Shown here in pieces: positions 62,804-64,000 of a stretch of 64,000 nucleotides of DNA. Source of the stretch: Marsupella aquatica (taxonomy: Eukaryota > Plantae > Marchantiophyta); NCBI GenBank assembly GCA_973895155.1, contig OZ316898.1:16227420-16291419 (forward strand). The letters are read 5' to 3'. Each line of letters opens with the position of its first letter. Position 1 is the stretch's first letter. The position numbers were made by a program, and so were the translations under genes. Below the pieces are notes generated by a model. The model was given only the letters and a program-made list of their open reading frames with translations, searched no databases and was not told where the DNA came from.

Positions 62804-63376
62804 ATAGGGAAAGGCGGTGGATGACTAAGTAACAGATGAGTAAGCTGGGATCAAAGCTGGCGTGACGGGTAAAGTGCTGGTGCTTCACAAGAGAATGGCC
62901 CGCCTTTTATACCCTGAGAGCTCGTCGGCCGCACGGCCCCTTCCTCCTTTTGATAGGCCGCTCCTTTCACGCTTGCAGTGTACCGGCCACTTCACAGGTC
63001 CGGGTTAGAGCGTGTCAGCGAGCCGCCCCTTTAAGTCTTTATACGGACCCGAGGAGACCTCCCCACACGCCTGAAACCTGGGGGTATGAATGGCGCTCCA
63101 CCGCTGTTCGAGGACCAGTTTAAAGCGGTATTGAAGAAGACTTTTAATGTTTTTAGGGACTCAGATTTATCATGGTATTTTCTTAAGTTGATTTAATCTT
63201 TCTTAACCTTACTCAGTTTCCATTTTTAATACAAAATTTACACTAAGCTATTTTAACTTAAAATGCTAAGTTTCTACTTTCATCTAAATTCAACGCATCA
63301 CTCACATTTCCATAACAATTAAACATTTTTACCACAAGAGCATTTCATCATTTCGATCACATAAAATAATCCAAAA

Positions 63377-64000
63377 GAAGAACCTAGCTTGAGAGACCCA
63401 GATGGGATTGGGCATGTGTTCACTGAGGAGACTCTTGCTCAGATTAGGATAGGAGATGATGGGTTACTTTGGGACGTGGAAAAAGAAAGGTTTAAGGAGA
63501 TAATTAGTAGACATGGGAAAGCTTTTTCCTTTAATTTAGATGAGATTGGTTGTGTTAACCCGAGAGAGGTAACCCCGATGATTATTTTTACAGTACCACA
63601 TATTCCATGGGATTTGAGACCACTTCCGGTTCCACGAGCTCTGATGCCAAAGATTATGGAATTACTTAAAGAGAAGTTGAAGGCCAAGATTCTTGAGCGA
63701 TCTGAAGCCCCATACTCTAATTGGTGGTTTACTGTTAAAAAGAAAAATGGGAAATTGCGTTTCATCCAAGATATGCAACCACCTAATAGGGTGACAATTA
63801 GGAATGTTGGTATTGGACCGGTTGTAGATGAGTTTGCAGAAGAGTTTGCTGGTAGGGCGATTTACTCGATAGGAGACCTTTACTCAAGTTATGATCAATT
63901 CCAGTTGTCTGAGTGTAGTCGAGACATAACAACAATGCAGACACCATTGGGATTGGTCAAGATGTGTACCTTGCCTCAAGGTGCTACAAACTCAGTAGCA
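63377..64000 (+). mobile_element. Gypsy reverse transcriptase, partial (open to the window end), atypical lineage
   Basis: Open frame ...YSNWWFTVKKKNGKLRFIQDMQPPNRVTIRN...DLYSSYDQFQL...TPLGLVKMCTLPQGATNSVA. Confidence 0.9.

Overview
Eukaryotic land-plant DNA, probably a bryophyte such as a liverwort (inferred from an RTEX-type LINE, an atypical Gypsy RT and a divergent AGO4). A small gene island at about 7.5-19 kb holds a two-exon LEA14 gene (+) and a 21-exon AGO4-clade Argonaute (-), arranged tail to tail. Most of the rest is a deep transposon nest: an internally deleted Copia, solo LTRs, LINE fragments, a fold-back element with Helitron-type 3' ends on both sides, and Athila/Tat-like Gypsy elements nested at least four levels deep. 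Two things stand out. (1) A Gypsy family has a ~4.66-kb LTR that itself encodes a ~1,100-1,200-aa protein (PMD/Transposase_32-like domain, coiled coil, NLS), and homologous ORFs occur in two other diverged elements here. (2) A spliced, decaying gene at 55.7-59.3 kb appears to fuse a ParB/Sulfiredoxin-like domain (DGNHR) to a degenerate beta-class N4/N6 DNA-methyltransferase fold. Domain calls come from motif recognition by eye; no searches were run.
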